From the NCBI RefSeq assembly GCF_001194135.2, contig NC_068995.1, positions 54,522,807-54,586,806 of the forward strand: a stretch of DNA of 64,000 nt, read 5' to 3'. Below are positions 52,567-64,000 of the stretch, piece after piece; the first letter of the stretch is position 1, and each line of letters starts with the position of its first letter. The position numbers were made by a program, and so were the translations under genes. This stretch comes from Octopus bimaculoides. Taxonomy: Eukaryota. Below the pieces are notes generated by a model. It was not told where the DNA came from and did not search any database. It saw only the letters and a program-made list of their open reading frames with translations.

Positions 52567-53438
52567 TTTAAGAATTTGTAAGTATACAATATAGCCAGCA
52601 CTGTCGAAACTGTAGAAATCAGCATCTTTTAATTTTCTTTTATCTATTTCGATGACATTAGACACTTAAATTGTATTCCTTTTTTAGTGATGTTTAAGGT
52701 TATTCTGTGTCGAAGATTAGAGGCAAAATTGCAGTAATCAGGACAGCGAATTCCGTGAGTCCGTTTGGTAGGAAAGTCATTCCTGTGCAATGTCTATATA
52801 TTTTCCGAGAATAGTTGCTATCTCAATGAATTATTGATAGCAGGAAGCTTTCTGGACAAATCATTTAATATTTATTGAGAGGATTAATGATGTGATGCAC
52901 TCAAACAGTGCAGCAAGTAGATACATTGAAGATACAGTAGCTTAGATAATGCAGCTTAGATGACAAATATTTAAACAGTTATATTCGATTATGTGAGAAG
53001 ACAGAAGGATCTGGCTACCATAGGAGTATACATATATTATATATGTGTTAGAAATCTGTTTCCCATTAACGACCCCTTAGTCTTTTTAAACAAGTAAACA
53101 CAAAATAAAGTTTACGTACTATACTCCAAGATATAGAATGCAGAATAACGTGTCTTGCTTGCTAGTAATTACACAAAACATAATAAATGACTATTTTGAT
53201 TCGAAAACCTAACCGTATATTCTCTACTGAATTCTAAGAGTCCATGAAATGAATTCTGCACGGAACTGCAAGGTCGTGTCCGTATGTCCATACATACTAA
53301 ATAGGTTTCTGAATAATTTAGTAGAAAATGCGGAAGAACGAATCCCCGTATACATATAAATACACAAAGGTAAAATATATTTATTTGAGTGTTTGTGTAT
53401 GTGTTTGTGCATGCACATGTCTTAGTGTGTCAGGGAGA

Positions 53439-53476
<38 letters not shown>

Positions 53477-53724
53477 AGATAGAAGTAGAGAGAACGAGTT
53501 TTATATGTGTATCAGCATGTGTTTGATGATTACGTGCAAGATCGTCTTAACCTACACGCAATATTTCGCATTGAATTCAATGATCTGAACATTCTGCACG
53601 TCTCTTGTTTTGTTCGTGTCCGTTTTGCGTTGTAATCGTCATAAAGAATACACCGAAAACTATGCGTGCACAGATTATATTCTTATATTTGGGCAGCCAC
53701 AATTAGAATTAGATGCTCTTGGTA

Positions 53725-53803
<79 letters not shown>

Positions 53804-54121
53804 NNNNNNNNNNNNNNNNNNNNNNNNNNNNNNNNNNNNNNNNNNNNNNNNNNNNNNNNNNNNNNNNNNNNNNNNNNNNNNNNNNNNNNNNNNNNNNNNN
53901 NNNNNNNNNNNNNNNNNNNNNNNNNNNNNNNNNNNNNNNNNNNNNNNNNNNNNNNNNNNNNNNNNNNNNNNNNNNNNNNNNNNNNNNNNNNNNNNNNNNN
54001 NNNNNNNNNNNNNNNNNNNNNNNNNNNNNNNNNNNNNNNNNNNNNNNNNNNNNNNNNNNNNNNNNNNNNNNNNNNNNNNNNNNNNNNNNNNNNNNNNNNN
54101 TAGAATTAGATGCTCTTGGTA

Positions 54122-54192
<71 letters not shown>

Positions 54193-54289
54193 CATATATA
54201 CAACGGTATTCTTTTAGGTTCTATCTACCAAATCAAGTAACCGGAGTTGGTTAGTGCGGGGCTGTAGTGGGGCTATACTGCCATGTTGC

Positions 54290-54345
54290 GGCACTGAATC
54301 CGGAACCATGTTGTTTGGAAAGCAAGCTTCTTACCACGCACCGAA
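54290..54345 (-). mobile_element. SINE head fragment (third type)
   Basis: gaatccggaaccatgttgtttggaaagcaagcttcttaccacgc is the reverse complement of a tRNA-like head (gtggtaagaagcttgctttcc...ggttccggattc). Confidence 0.5.
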
Positions 54346-55682
54346 AGAGATCTTCTAAACTTCCGTTATTTGCCCTTCTAGAATGAATTGAATCAATTTC
54401 TTTTGAATGAATATTTACATTCTTCAAAAAGAGAATATGAGAAACGGAAACATAACAAAAATCACAGACACTCAGATCAAAAACAAATTAATAATTCCAC
54501 ATGAACACTCTCCCAGGTCTACAAGTCAATAGACTTCCTGTAATCGTACGCTAGCCAAAAACGTAGGCCAGGTGCAGTTGTATTGATACTAAAAAGAAAA
54601 CAAAATTGAAAAATGCCATATTTATTTATTCACGTCGTATTGTCTTCCACTTAATTTGCATTGTCTTGTGAATGGTGACTCGAAGACCTTTTACATTTGG
54701 GTTAAGATTCAAGTTACCGATTTTATAATATAGCAAACTAAAATAGAAAATCGCGTCTTGAAACTCGAAATATCTTTTTCTTTGTGTTCTTAACTGTCTC
54801 GACATGTTGCTTATTTTAGAACGATTTGAAAGACATTTGTGTACAAAACAAAATCCATTATAAGGAATGATTGAAATATTATCGCAAGGAAATTTGCGAA
54901 TTATCTTCTCTACTTTCCCCCCGTTACGTTTTCTGCTTCACAATTATTGCAATAGCTATATACCTATCTATATATGTACACACATAAATGTATGTCAGTC
55001 TACATGTCTGTATGTATCTAGTATTATATTATACGCACATACACACGCACACACATACATACATACATACGCACACACACAACTTATATGTGCAAAATTA
55101 TGCGTATATATATACACATGACCATAAAATTATACGACGTATCTATTTATCTTTCTCTCCCTCTCCCTCACTCTGCCCGTCTGTCTGTTTCTCTCTTTAT
55201 ATAAATATCTGTGCCTATATGTATATATGTGTTTGTGTATACATACACGTGAACGACCACACACAGACAGACAAACAGACAGGCATGTATATATACACAC
55301 GCACACACGCGCAGATACATTTCAGTGAGACTTGTGTCTTTTCTATTTTATACAAATATAACAATAGTATTGTCGTGGAAAACGTCACAGAATCTGAATC
55401 GAACAAAATAATTCCTAACAATATGAACATACATCTCTACCTACACATACTAACACACACAAACACACCTGCGCGCATATACGTCTTCTTTCGTCGATAG
55501 CATAACCAAAAAAGCACTCAACGCATTTGTTAACAACTGAAATTAATTATATAGTACGTTGTTTCCAGCTGTGAAGCAAACTATATGCTATTCTTAGTTA
55601 ATTTGTGTTTCAGCATTGTTTCTGGCTTCATGTGATATATGCTAGAATCAGTTTTATGTGTTTTAATACAATATTCATCCAG

Positions 55683-55754
55683 GCTGCCCCTGGGCCGTGA
55701 AATATACGACGTATGCAGTTCGGGCAGATATTTCCTGGGGACAGAATACGACAG
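55683..55754 (+). CDS. candidate 72-nt GC-rich exon (LPLGREIYDVCSSGRYFLGTEYD or CPWAVKYTTYAVRADISWGQNTT)
   Basis: Acceptor ttttaatacaatattcatccag|G, donor ACAG|gtgacc, ~54% GC versus a much more AT-rich background; two frames open; could equally be a repeat remnant. Confidence 0.25.
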
Positions 55755-55794
55755 GTGACCTGCGATAGGTGAACCGAGATAGATGAACCGCGAT
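55753..55794. repeat. degenerate tandem repeat, 3 x 14 bp
   Basis: aggtgacctgcgat / aggtgaaccgagat / agatgaaccgcgat. Confidence 0.8.
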
Positions 55795-57250
55795 ATGTCG
55801 ATGGATTACTTTATATGTATGTGTGTGTGTGTGTGTGTGTATGTGTGTGTGTGCGTGTGCGTGTGCGTGTGTGTGTGTGCGTGTGTATGCATTATTGTGT
55901 GTTTATATATATATATTTGTGAAGAACTCTACTGCCGAAGACGACGTATGAGCGTTCAGAATTTGCCGAACGACCTTCACAAAGGATTTGTTTAGGGTCA
56001 TCAAAAGTATGTGCCGTATAATAGATCACGCATCCCAGTATAATCGGCGTTGACTGAACAGGTGCACGGTGCACTACACATCAGGTGTAGCAGAGCAACG
56101 TTATCGCAGACCATAAATGTAAGTGTATAAGGCTATATGTATGTATATAAATATACATGACATACTTGTTACGGAATATTTGCTGTCATAACATGCAATT
56201 TGGTGACTCGAAAATCATTCCTTCTCTAATATTGTCATTACGTGCTACATATAACATGGAGTTAATGAGAAAATAGCCTTCAATTACTAAATTGTAGACA
56301 CAATTACAGGCACGATATTAATATACGCAAAACTGAGATAAAATTATTATGAATGCCTATGTATGTATACAAAAGCAAACACACACAGATACAGAGTCAT
56401 GCATATTTTATAGCATATAGCATATAGTATATATTTTGCATACATGTAGTAGTACGCTTGTAATTGTGTTTTCTTATAATTTTCTATGCATACAGAAGCA
56501 TATATGTATTGATCGGAAACATTCAAAATTCAAAGAAATTCTATTCTTGTGTCATGCAAATCCATTAACAATAATTACTCTCATTCTGTTGGAAATGAAA
56601 GAATAAATCAAAATACATTAAATAATGATAATATAACTAATTTCGTCACAGATCAATTATTGAATGACTTTGTGAAAGCATCGATATTTCTCGTATAGAT
56701 TATCCCCCGAAATGGATTGTTTAAAAGTATAAATTAAGCTAGCTACTATTAAAAATATGATAAACTTGAAGTTTTTCTGACGTTTTCACTTTCATTTGTA
56801 TTTTAAGACGTTCTTCATGTTATTCCTTCATGGTTTCTCTGCATTGTCATATATGTCAGTTTGTCCGTAAATGTAAGAGAAATACAAACGTAAATCCCAT
56901 AGTCAAACGTCAAGAGATATAAAGGGAGGTAGGTGCATATAATGAATTAAGTGGCATTAGAAATGTAGAATTTATGGAAGAATTTGCTTCCAGCAAATCT
57001 TAAGAATTATGAGGAAATCGTGCGATGTTTTGACAGCTGTCTGTCTTCGTTCAGATTAACATGAGCATCGGCAAAAATCAACATAGCAATAATTGTCAGA
57101 AAAAGGCTAATCCCCAGGTGAGTTCTTTAATCCTTATGAATGTTGTTTTAGTGCAACATAATATATACATACAGGAATACATACATACATATAAGANNNN
57201 NNNNNNNNNNNNNNNNNNNNNNNNNNNNNNNNNNNNNNNNNNNNNNNNNN

Positions 57251-57284
<34 letters not shown>

Positions 57285-57381
57285 ATGCGTACTCATATTT
57301 ATATACATGTGTATAGGTATATATATATATACACACACACATCTACGTCTATATATGTGTGTATATATATATATGTATACT

Positions 57382-57419
<38 letters not shown>

Positions 57420-58005
57420 GTGTGGATATGTTATGGGTATACTGGGAATAATTCAAAAGAAAAATTAAGAGTAATTAAATGAAGACGTATCTTCGACGTG
57501 ATGACATGTGATTACTACTCGTTTGTGATATCAAAACCAATAAAAAGTTACATGTATAATGTTTTTGTGTGTGACGAGTACTGGAAGGTGATAACATTAA
57601 CAACAGCCAATGCTCAAAGATATTCCAAATATTACGGTATATTCATAATTTTGCAGCCTGTGTATCTGATGACCCGATGCAATTATATTTATCTCCATTC
57701 CGCTAAGCAATAAATGACTTTTAACCATATATTGTAACCCAGAAACGTTGAGTTTTCTTAAACTGTATTATTTGAACATAAACCATATCTTCGCTGATCT
57801 CGTGCTTAAATGTTTTCACGACTTATAAAAGACGTATTACGAACGCCATTGCCGGCTTAATATATCTGATTATTAGAGTCAAAATCAAGTAGCTTTACGT
57901 TATAAATATGCTTAATTAAATTTCGAAAGCTTCAGATACTCAACGTAATTATTTGAAAGATATTAACGAAGAATGTATATATTTTGTCGTATTTTAGAAT
58001 TCACC

Positions 58006-58065
58006 ATGGTACACTACACTATGGTACACTACACCATGGTACACTACACCATGGTACACTACACT
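58006..58065. repeat. minisatellite, 4 x 15 bp (atggtacactacacY)
   Basis: Units at 58006, 58021, 58036, 58051, identical except the last base. Confidence 0.97.
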
Positions 58066-58194
58066 AACGTCTTATTTGGATCCGTGCGTCTATGAAGCTT
58101 TCAGATATACTGCCGTTGCTTGAATATCAACCTATGACACATTTGAAATATTATCTCATAAAAGAAACAAACGGATATCACTCTTTCATGAGCT

Positions 58195-58320
58195 GGCTGA
58201 ATCGTGAGCACTCCGAGGCAAAGTCAATCGCTTTTCATCAGTTCGAGGTTGATGAAATAAATACCAGCGGTGTATTGGGTCGATGTGGTCGACTTACTCC
58301 TGCCCACGAAATTTGAAATC
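58195..58320 (+). mobile_element. tRNA-derived SINE, internally deleted
   Basis: gctgaatcgtgagcactccgagg...ttttcatcagttcgaggttgatgaaataaataccagc...gggtcgatgtggtcgactta...cgaaatttgaaa. Confidence 0.7.
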
Positions 58321-58652
58321 AATCTTATCTATCTTTGTACGCCATTTTACGAAAGAGCATTTTTAACTAACACACTCTCGTTTTTCTTTTCCTGCAACCC
58401 CAAGGAAATCTTTAATAAAGCAAAATTAGAATTTTGCACTGAATTATAATGTTTAAGTTCTTATATAGCCCATCGAAAATACTTATTTTAGAAATTATCC
58501 TTCGCGAGATTAACTGAACATTGAACATTTTCCATCTAATTACAAGAAAATGGTAAACACTTCTAGTAACTGGAATATAACATGAGCAATTATGTAACAC
58601 GCAGCACAGGTGTTTGAATAGAACTGAACATATTGAAATGGGAATAGAAATA

Positions 58653-58659
<7 letters not shown>

Positions 58660-58685
<26 letters not shown>

Positions 58686-58699
58686 TGTCTTTCTCCGTT

Positions 58700-58740
<41 letters not shown>
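58660..58740. repeat. (CA)n then (CT)n microsatellite running into gap
   Basis: Directly visible. Confidence 0.95.
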
Positions 58741-59830
58741 NNNNNNNNNNNNNNNNNNNNNNNNNNNNNNNNNNNNNNNNNNNNNNNNNNNNNNNNNNNN
58801 NNNNNNNNNNNNNNNNNNNNNNNNNNNNNNNNNNNNNNNNNNNNNNNNNNNNNNNNNNNNNNNNNNNNNNNNNNNNNNNNNNNNNNNNNNNNNNNNNNNN
58901 NNNNNNNNNNNNNNNNNNNNNNNNNNNNNNNNNNNNNNNNNNNNNNNNNNNNNNNNNNNNNNNNNNNNNNNNNNNNNNNNNNNNNNNNNNNNTATATATA
59001 TATATATATTTATATATATACACACATACATATATATATGTATGGATGAATGTATGCATGTATATATATATATATATATATACGTACATAAAACCAAAAA
59101 GCAATCGTGTTGGAAAAAATAAAATGTCTAATTAATAGTTACAATAGATTACTTTGGACATACGTCAAAGTTTCGAGTTTAATAGAATCATAAAATGTCC
59201 AGATGCTTCTGAAGGCTAGTAATCAAATGAAAACATATCTTCTATATAAAACATAGGAAAAGAAAGTAAAAACATAATAATGCCTTCCTAAATGTGAGTA
59301 CTTATTATTAGAATTACTTATGTGTATACAACGTCTAGAATTCTGACATCTATAGACCAACTGAAACAATTTCTTATTTAAAATATATTCGAACACGAAA
59401 TGGGATGAGATATTATAGAAGAATATATATCATAATGTTTATTTCTCTGGTAGTGCAATGAATCATAAATATTTCCTAATTTTAAAATAATATTGATAGT
59501 TATAAACTTTAGGTTTATCAGTATATTCTATAAGAGACTTGCTACTGGTTTTCTTTTATATAACTCTGTAACAATTTGTTTGACTTGTAACAGAATAACC
59601 TAATTGCTTGCACAATATAGATACATATATAAATATGCGAATATGTGTGTGTATGTGTGCGTCTGCAGGTTTGCACGTGTGTGTACAAGACTGAGTGTGT
59701 CCATATGTACATGCATGCGTGTGTGTGCGTGTGTGCGTGCATTCGTACTTGCGTTCAAAAGTACCTTCAATTAATCTCTGTAGCTTCATTCTCTTAGAAC
59801 GTACCTATTGTGGATTAAATCATGCCTCAC

Positions 59831-59896
59831 CGAAATAGTTCTTGCTTCCTGACAAACAATGATTTTGGTGACGGTAAAATGTGACAGCAGATCAAA
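59831..59896 (-). CDS. candidate 66-nt exon (LICCHILPSPKSLFVRKQELF, phase 2 to 2; or FDLLSHFTVTKIIVCQEARTIS, phase 0 to 0)
   Basis: Near-consensus acceptor taattatttattgtcttcag| and donor TCG|gtgagg; length divisible by 3; two frames open. Confidence 0.35.
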
Positions 59897-61059
59897 CTGA
59901 AGACAATAAATAATTACTAAGGAATGGCTTAAAATTCTAAGCTTTTTACTAGAGTCGGTAACTGGTTTTATTTGCTTTGTTTTACAACACTGAATAATCA
60001 TCTCTGCAATTAAAGAAATAATTATCAAACTATAGCTGAAAGTGGCTTACTATTTTAATTCAATTGCCAGCGCGTAATATTTGGCCCCACTTAGAACGGA
60101 TGTATATTTGCGTACATTGTGTATATGGTTTCAATTTAAATAAGATACATCTACAATATTCTTCAAGTTACCAGCGGTATTCTCTTCATCTTAAAGTGGA
60201 TACATCATTTTCTTTCATCGTGCATCCATTAACAACAGAAAGCATTCATACGTGTAGAGACTGTAATTAAAGGAAAATATTGGAAAATAAGCCCAGTTAA
60301 AACTCGTAGAAAGAAGAATCACGGTTTTACCTCGAGGAATATACAATGCAGTCAATATGATCTTGTTACATAAATCGAATTGGACCCAAGTGTAATGAAG
60401 TGTTATTTGTATTTTCCAAATATCGGTATAATATATATTTCTTCACAGCTTGGCTTGTGAAAAATAAACAAAAAAGGAATCGAAATATTGTTTTCAAAGT
60501 TTCTATCACATGAGAAAGGAGATATAATTATTATATGCATTACACTTTATAATAGAAATTCTGAAAAATAATATTCTTTAACAAATACAGCCCGCAAGAT
60601 AAAACCAATACATAAACATTGTATTATGTTAATAATATTTCCTATCAAAATTGCACTGAACAGACTATAATTTAATTTAATTTTCAATATAGTTTCAAAG
60701 TTTGATGCTGAATTCTTACATTTAATAGCTCTCATACTCTCTGGCATTTCAAATATGTTATTTAGCTGTGACTTATCAATCTATTTGCGCATACTACTCA
60801 TGTATTTATCTATGCATCTATATGCTTGCGAATAAATATAATGCAAGTAAAACCTGCATAATAAGCGAGCATTTTTCACAAACACACTAATCTGGAACAC
60901 AAACACGGAGGTAGACACACATACGTCGCAACACACACACATATATATATATATTAGTATGTGTATGCGTGTGTGTGTGAATATATACATATCTAACTCT
61001 ACGTATGCATGTATTTATTCAGGTTGATATGTGTCTGTGTGCCTATATGTGTGTGTGCA

Positions 61060-61087
61060 TGTGTGTATATATGTGGGTGTGTGAGTG

Positions 61088-61134
<47 letters not shown>

Positions 61135-61180
61135 CTGTGTGTGTGTGTGTGTTTGTGTGTGTGTGCGTGTGTGTGTGTAT
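61060..61180. repeat. compound (TA)n-(TG)n microsatellite
   Basis: Directly visible. Confidence 0.95.
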
Positions 61181-61726
61181 AGGCTTACGGATACATGCAA
61201 ATACATATCTATACGAGATTAAATGTTACATTCTAACTACAATAATGTTATTATAATGCGTATACACGCGCACAAACTCAGCGGATTAAGAATATTAAAT
61301 ATATTTTTGATCCTGTGTGTTTGTGTTTGTGTTCGTGTGAAGCAAATAATTCTGTGGTCGAACCGAAACTTTCGCGTAAATTACGTATAAATCCTACGCT
61401 ACGAAAATTGATGCATTTGTATAGGCAGATTTTATAAACAGTATGACTGATGAAATTTTCTAATACCATCATAAGACCAACGATACCTCGCCTCTCTGCG
61501 GTTGTTAATAAAGGGTGTACTTGCGGAAAAGTGATAAAATATGTACATATGCCACAGGATGCTAATAAAGAGAATACGCTGCTTTAGTTTGCTGTTTCCT
61601 TTTAGAGAAGGAAAATCGAAGAGCGAAGTTTAGATTAAAATGCAAAATAAAAGAAATGAACTAGTTAAAGGAAATGTACTGCCTCCAATATGAAAACATC
61701 AATCGATGATAAAGTGTAGCAGTCAC

Positions 61727-61802
61727 CTGTCTAACCGAACTCTGCTTAGTTTGATGTTGCTCATGATGTTATTCAGATCTATTTCTATCATTGCTGTCAC
61801 AC
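61727..61802 (-). CDS. candidate coding exon (phase 1 to 2): VTAMIEIDLNNIMSNIKLSRVRLD
   Basis: Acceptor tttttaaaatatttag|G, donor CAG|gtgact; phase-compatible with 59831-59896 giving ...RVRLDSLICCHILPSPK... Confidence 0.3.
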
Positions 61803-63379
61803 CTAAATATTTTAAAAACTTAATATATGTCACAAATGTTTGCTTCAACGATATCAATTTAATAATATACAGTTGCTCAACAAGTATGCGAGTTCATCTG
61901 CTATTGTTAACTAAGGACAGTATCACAGTTCCAATTGCTTATTATTGCAAAAATTCAGACACGCTGAAATGTTGATGTGGAGATATTTGTTAAATCACGG
62001 GTACGATTTTGCAGATTCATTAATCCACGCGGCATTTATCCTATTTCTTTGTGCTTTGATTTCAAATAATCTCGAGATCGAGTTTCTGTTTTATATTTAC
62101 GGGGTAGATTAAAACATAAATTTACATAGATGGTTTGAACTTGTAGAGCATCGAACAAGACGCATCGCATTCGTTATTTCACATATTACTGCACTGACAT
62201 GGCTAGCAATAGGGCATATTTATATAGGTCATTGCCAAAAAAATAGTTTTCCTGATACAACAGTGGTGGGTTCTTGAGGATTTATATTATAACATAAAAA
62301 AAAACATTTCAAGTCATCCAGTTACGTGTAATTGTCCCTAAATTCGATTATATCCTTTAGTATCATTTAAGCCTGCTTTCCAGCCTACTTGGCGAATACT
62401 CTGGTTCATGATGTTTCGAAATTGAGCTGATAATAAACAACAATAACCAGTTATAAATTATTCTTATTTGCACTTCAGCATGTGAATAGAGGTTAATTAT
62501 TAACATCTACATTTCATTTTAAAATACCACTGAGTCGATATCATCGTACACTTTATTGATCACTTGATGCAAATCGTCTCCGTGAATAACAGAAGTAACT
62601 ATAATTGGAATTGGTGCCAATATTTTTCTCCTGCCGTCGTGCCAAGTCTTTCATCTGATGATTTAAAGTACGCGCAGTAAGAGAGATACTTAGAATCATA
62701 AATACTCTATTTCGATTCGAGATTGATAAATCTATAATGAAGGAACATGACTTCAAAATTCCAGCAAACGGGTATCGAAGAGAAACCAGCAGCACAGTGC
62801 CATAATTTGCGTGATATGTTAAAATTTGTTTTCAGTTCGGAAAGGATCAACCGGACAATATAATAGTTATTTACAACGCTAATCAAACATGCAATGCACG
62901 CTCATTCTAAGGCTGCAATTTGTCAATGAGTATTATGGAACCACATGTTATTAAATGCTACTAAAACCAAAAAGTGCACTTTTGTACATTTCTCGACAGA
63001 TGAGCGAACACGTCTGGAACAAATTATCGATTTTTGAAGAACAATTTTACCTACTTCGTCATAAAAATCCTATTTCATCCGAGAATAATTCATAAATAAA
63101 AAAATCAAGAACGCCTTTTGGGATACATCTCTACATTTTGCTTTGTGTATCTGTAAATGATATGCATTCAGCGATGAAAGAGGGACACTAAAAAGACTTG
63201 ATAATAACATAAATATAAATAAACTTTTGATTTGTATGATTTGAGCACATATTTCGCTACATATGAAATATTTCCTACGAACGATTATTTCTAAGAGATC
63301 TAATTTCAAACAACATAATAGTCATATATATTTATATACGTACATGTATGTAGAGTGTACGTAGGTGTGCATATACATC

Positions 63380-63433
63380 CATACACACACACACACACAC
63401 GCACGCACACACACACACACACATATACATACA

Positions 63434-63498
<65 letters not shown>

Positions 63499-63500
63499 TT
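63380..63500. repeat. long interrupted (CA)n followed by (TA)n
   Basis: Directly visible. Confidence 0.95.
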
Positions 63501-64000
63501 ATGTGTGTATGTATGTATGTATATATACACACGCACATAGTATACCTGTATATAAATATCCATATGTGCATCATTGTGTACGTAGATAGCTACAGAAATA
63601 GATGTAACTAACCAAAACCTATTTAGGTATTATTACATGCTTTGAAAGACGGAGGGTTTCTTTTTTTTTATATCACATTCTTACTGTGAAAATATCCAGT
63701 TTCAAAACTGTTTATTCAGAACACTTGTATATTTATTTATCTCCTCCTCAAGACATAACATCTAATATTCTCCAAACTTGGAAACTATTGCATATGAAGC
63801 TGGATTTTTTTATAAAATCGTAAAGTAAAACTGAAGATGCCATTTTTTAAATCACGTAATTAAAATTCAAGATAAACAAATTATTGAAAGCTTCACACAT
63901 CATAGAAACCTGCAAATACATTAAACTTATCTGCATTAAAATGAAAGATATATGCACATATATTTACATACAGGATGACTACAAAATAACAGACTACATA

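Noticed and set aside
52463-58065. 26-bp and 15-bp repeats as CRISPR-like arrays
   Set aside because: Units are contiguous without unique spacers, there are no cas genes, and the DNA is eukaryotic.

Overview
AT-rich, microsatellite-saturated eukaryotic DNA from a gapped short-read assembly (15 N-runs, most flanked by (AT)n/(CA)n/(AG)n). The SINE families, microsatellite load and retroelement mix point to a coleoid cephalopod, most likely Octopus (inference, not a database result). None of the listed ORFs is a recognisable intact gene; almost all are microsatellite, N-gap or chance ORFs. What can be supported: (i) many decayed tRNA-derived SINE copies of about three types, including a 4-copy pile-up with an abutting inverted pair at 7.5-8.3 kb; (ii) decayed non-LTR retroelements identified by translated motifs: R4/Dong-like (14.7-15.9 kb, -), Penelope GIY-YIG (21.3-21.8 kb, +) and RTE-type RT (23.6-24.2 kb, -); (iii) a ~320-nt structured non-coding element at 9.7-10.0 kb (-) carrying a slightly degenerate minimal type I hammerhead ribozyme, the most interesting signal found; (iv) several candidate spliced coding exons, the best forming a phase-compatible minus-strand chain (42.6 kb to 27.3 kb) for an unrecognised Cys/N-glycosylation-motif-containing protein, one exon of which overlaps SINE-like sequence. 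Exon calls were made by eye in a genome where chance exons are common, so they are low-to-moderate confidence. No CRISPR array, rRNA or intact tRNA was seen.
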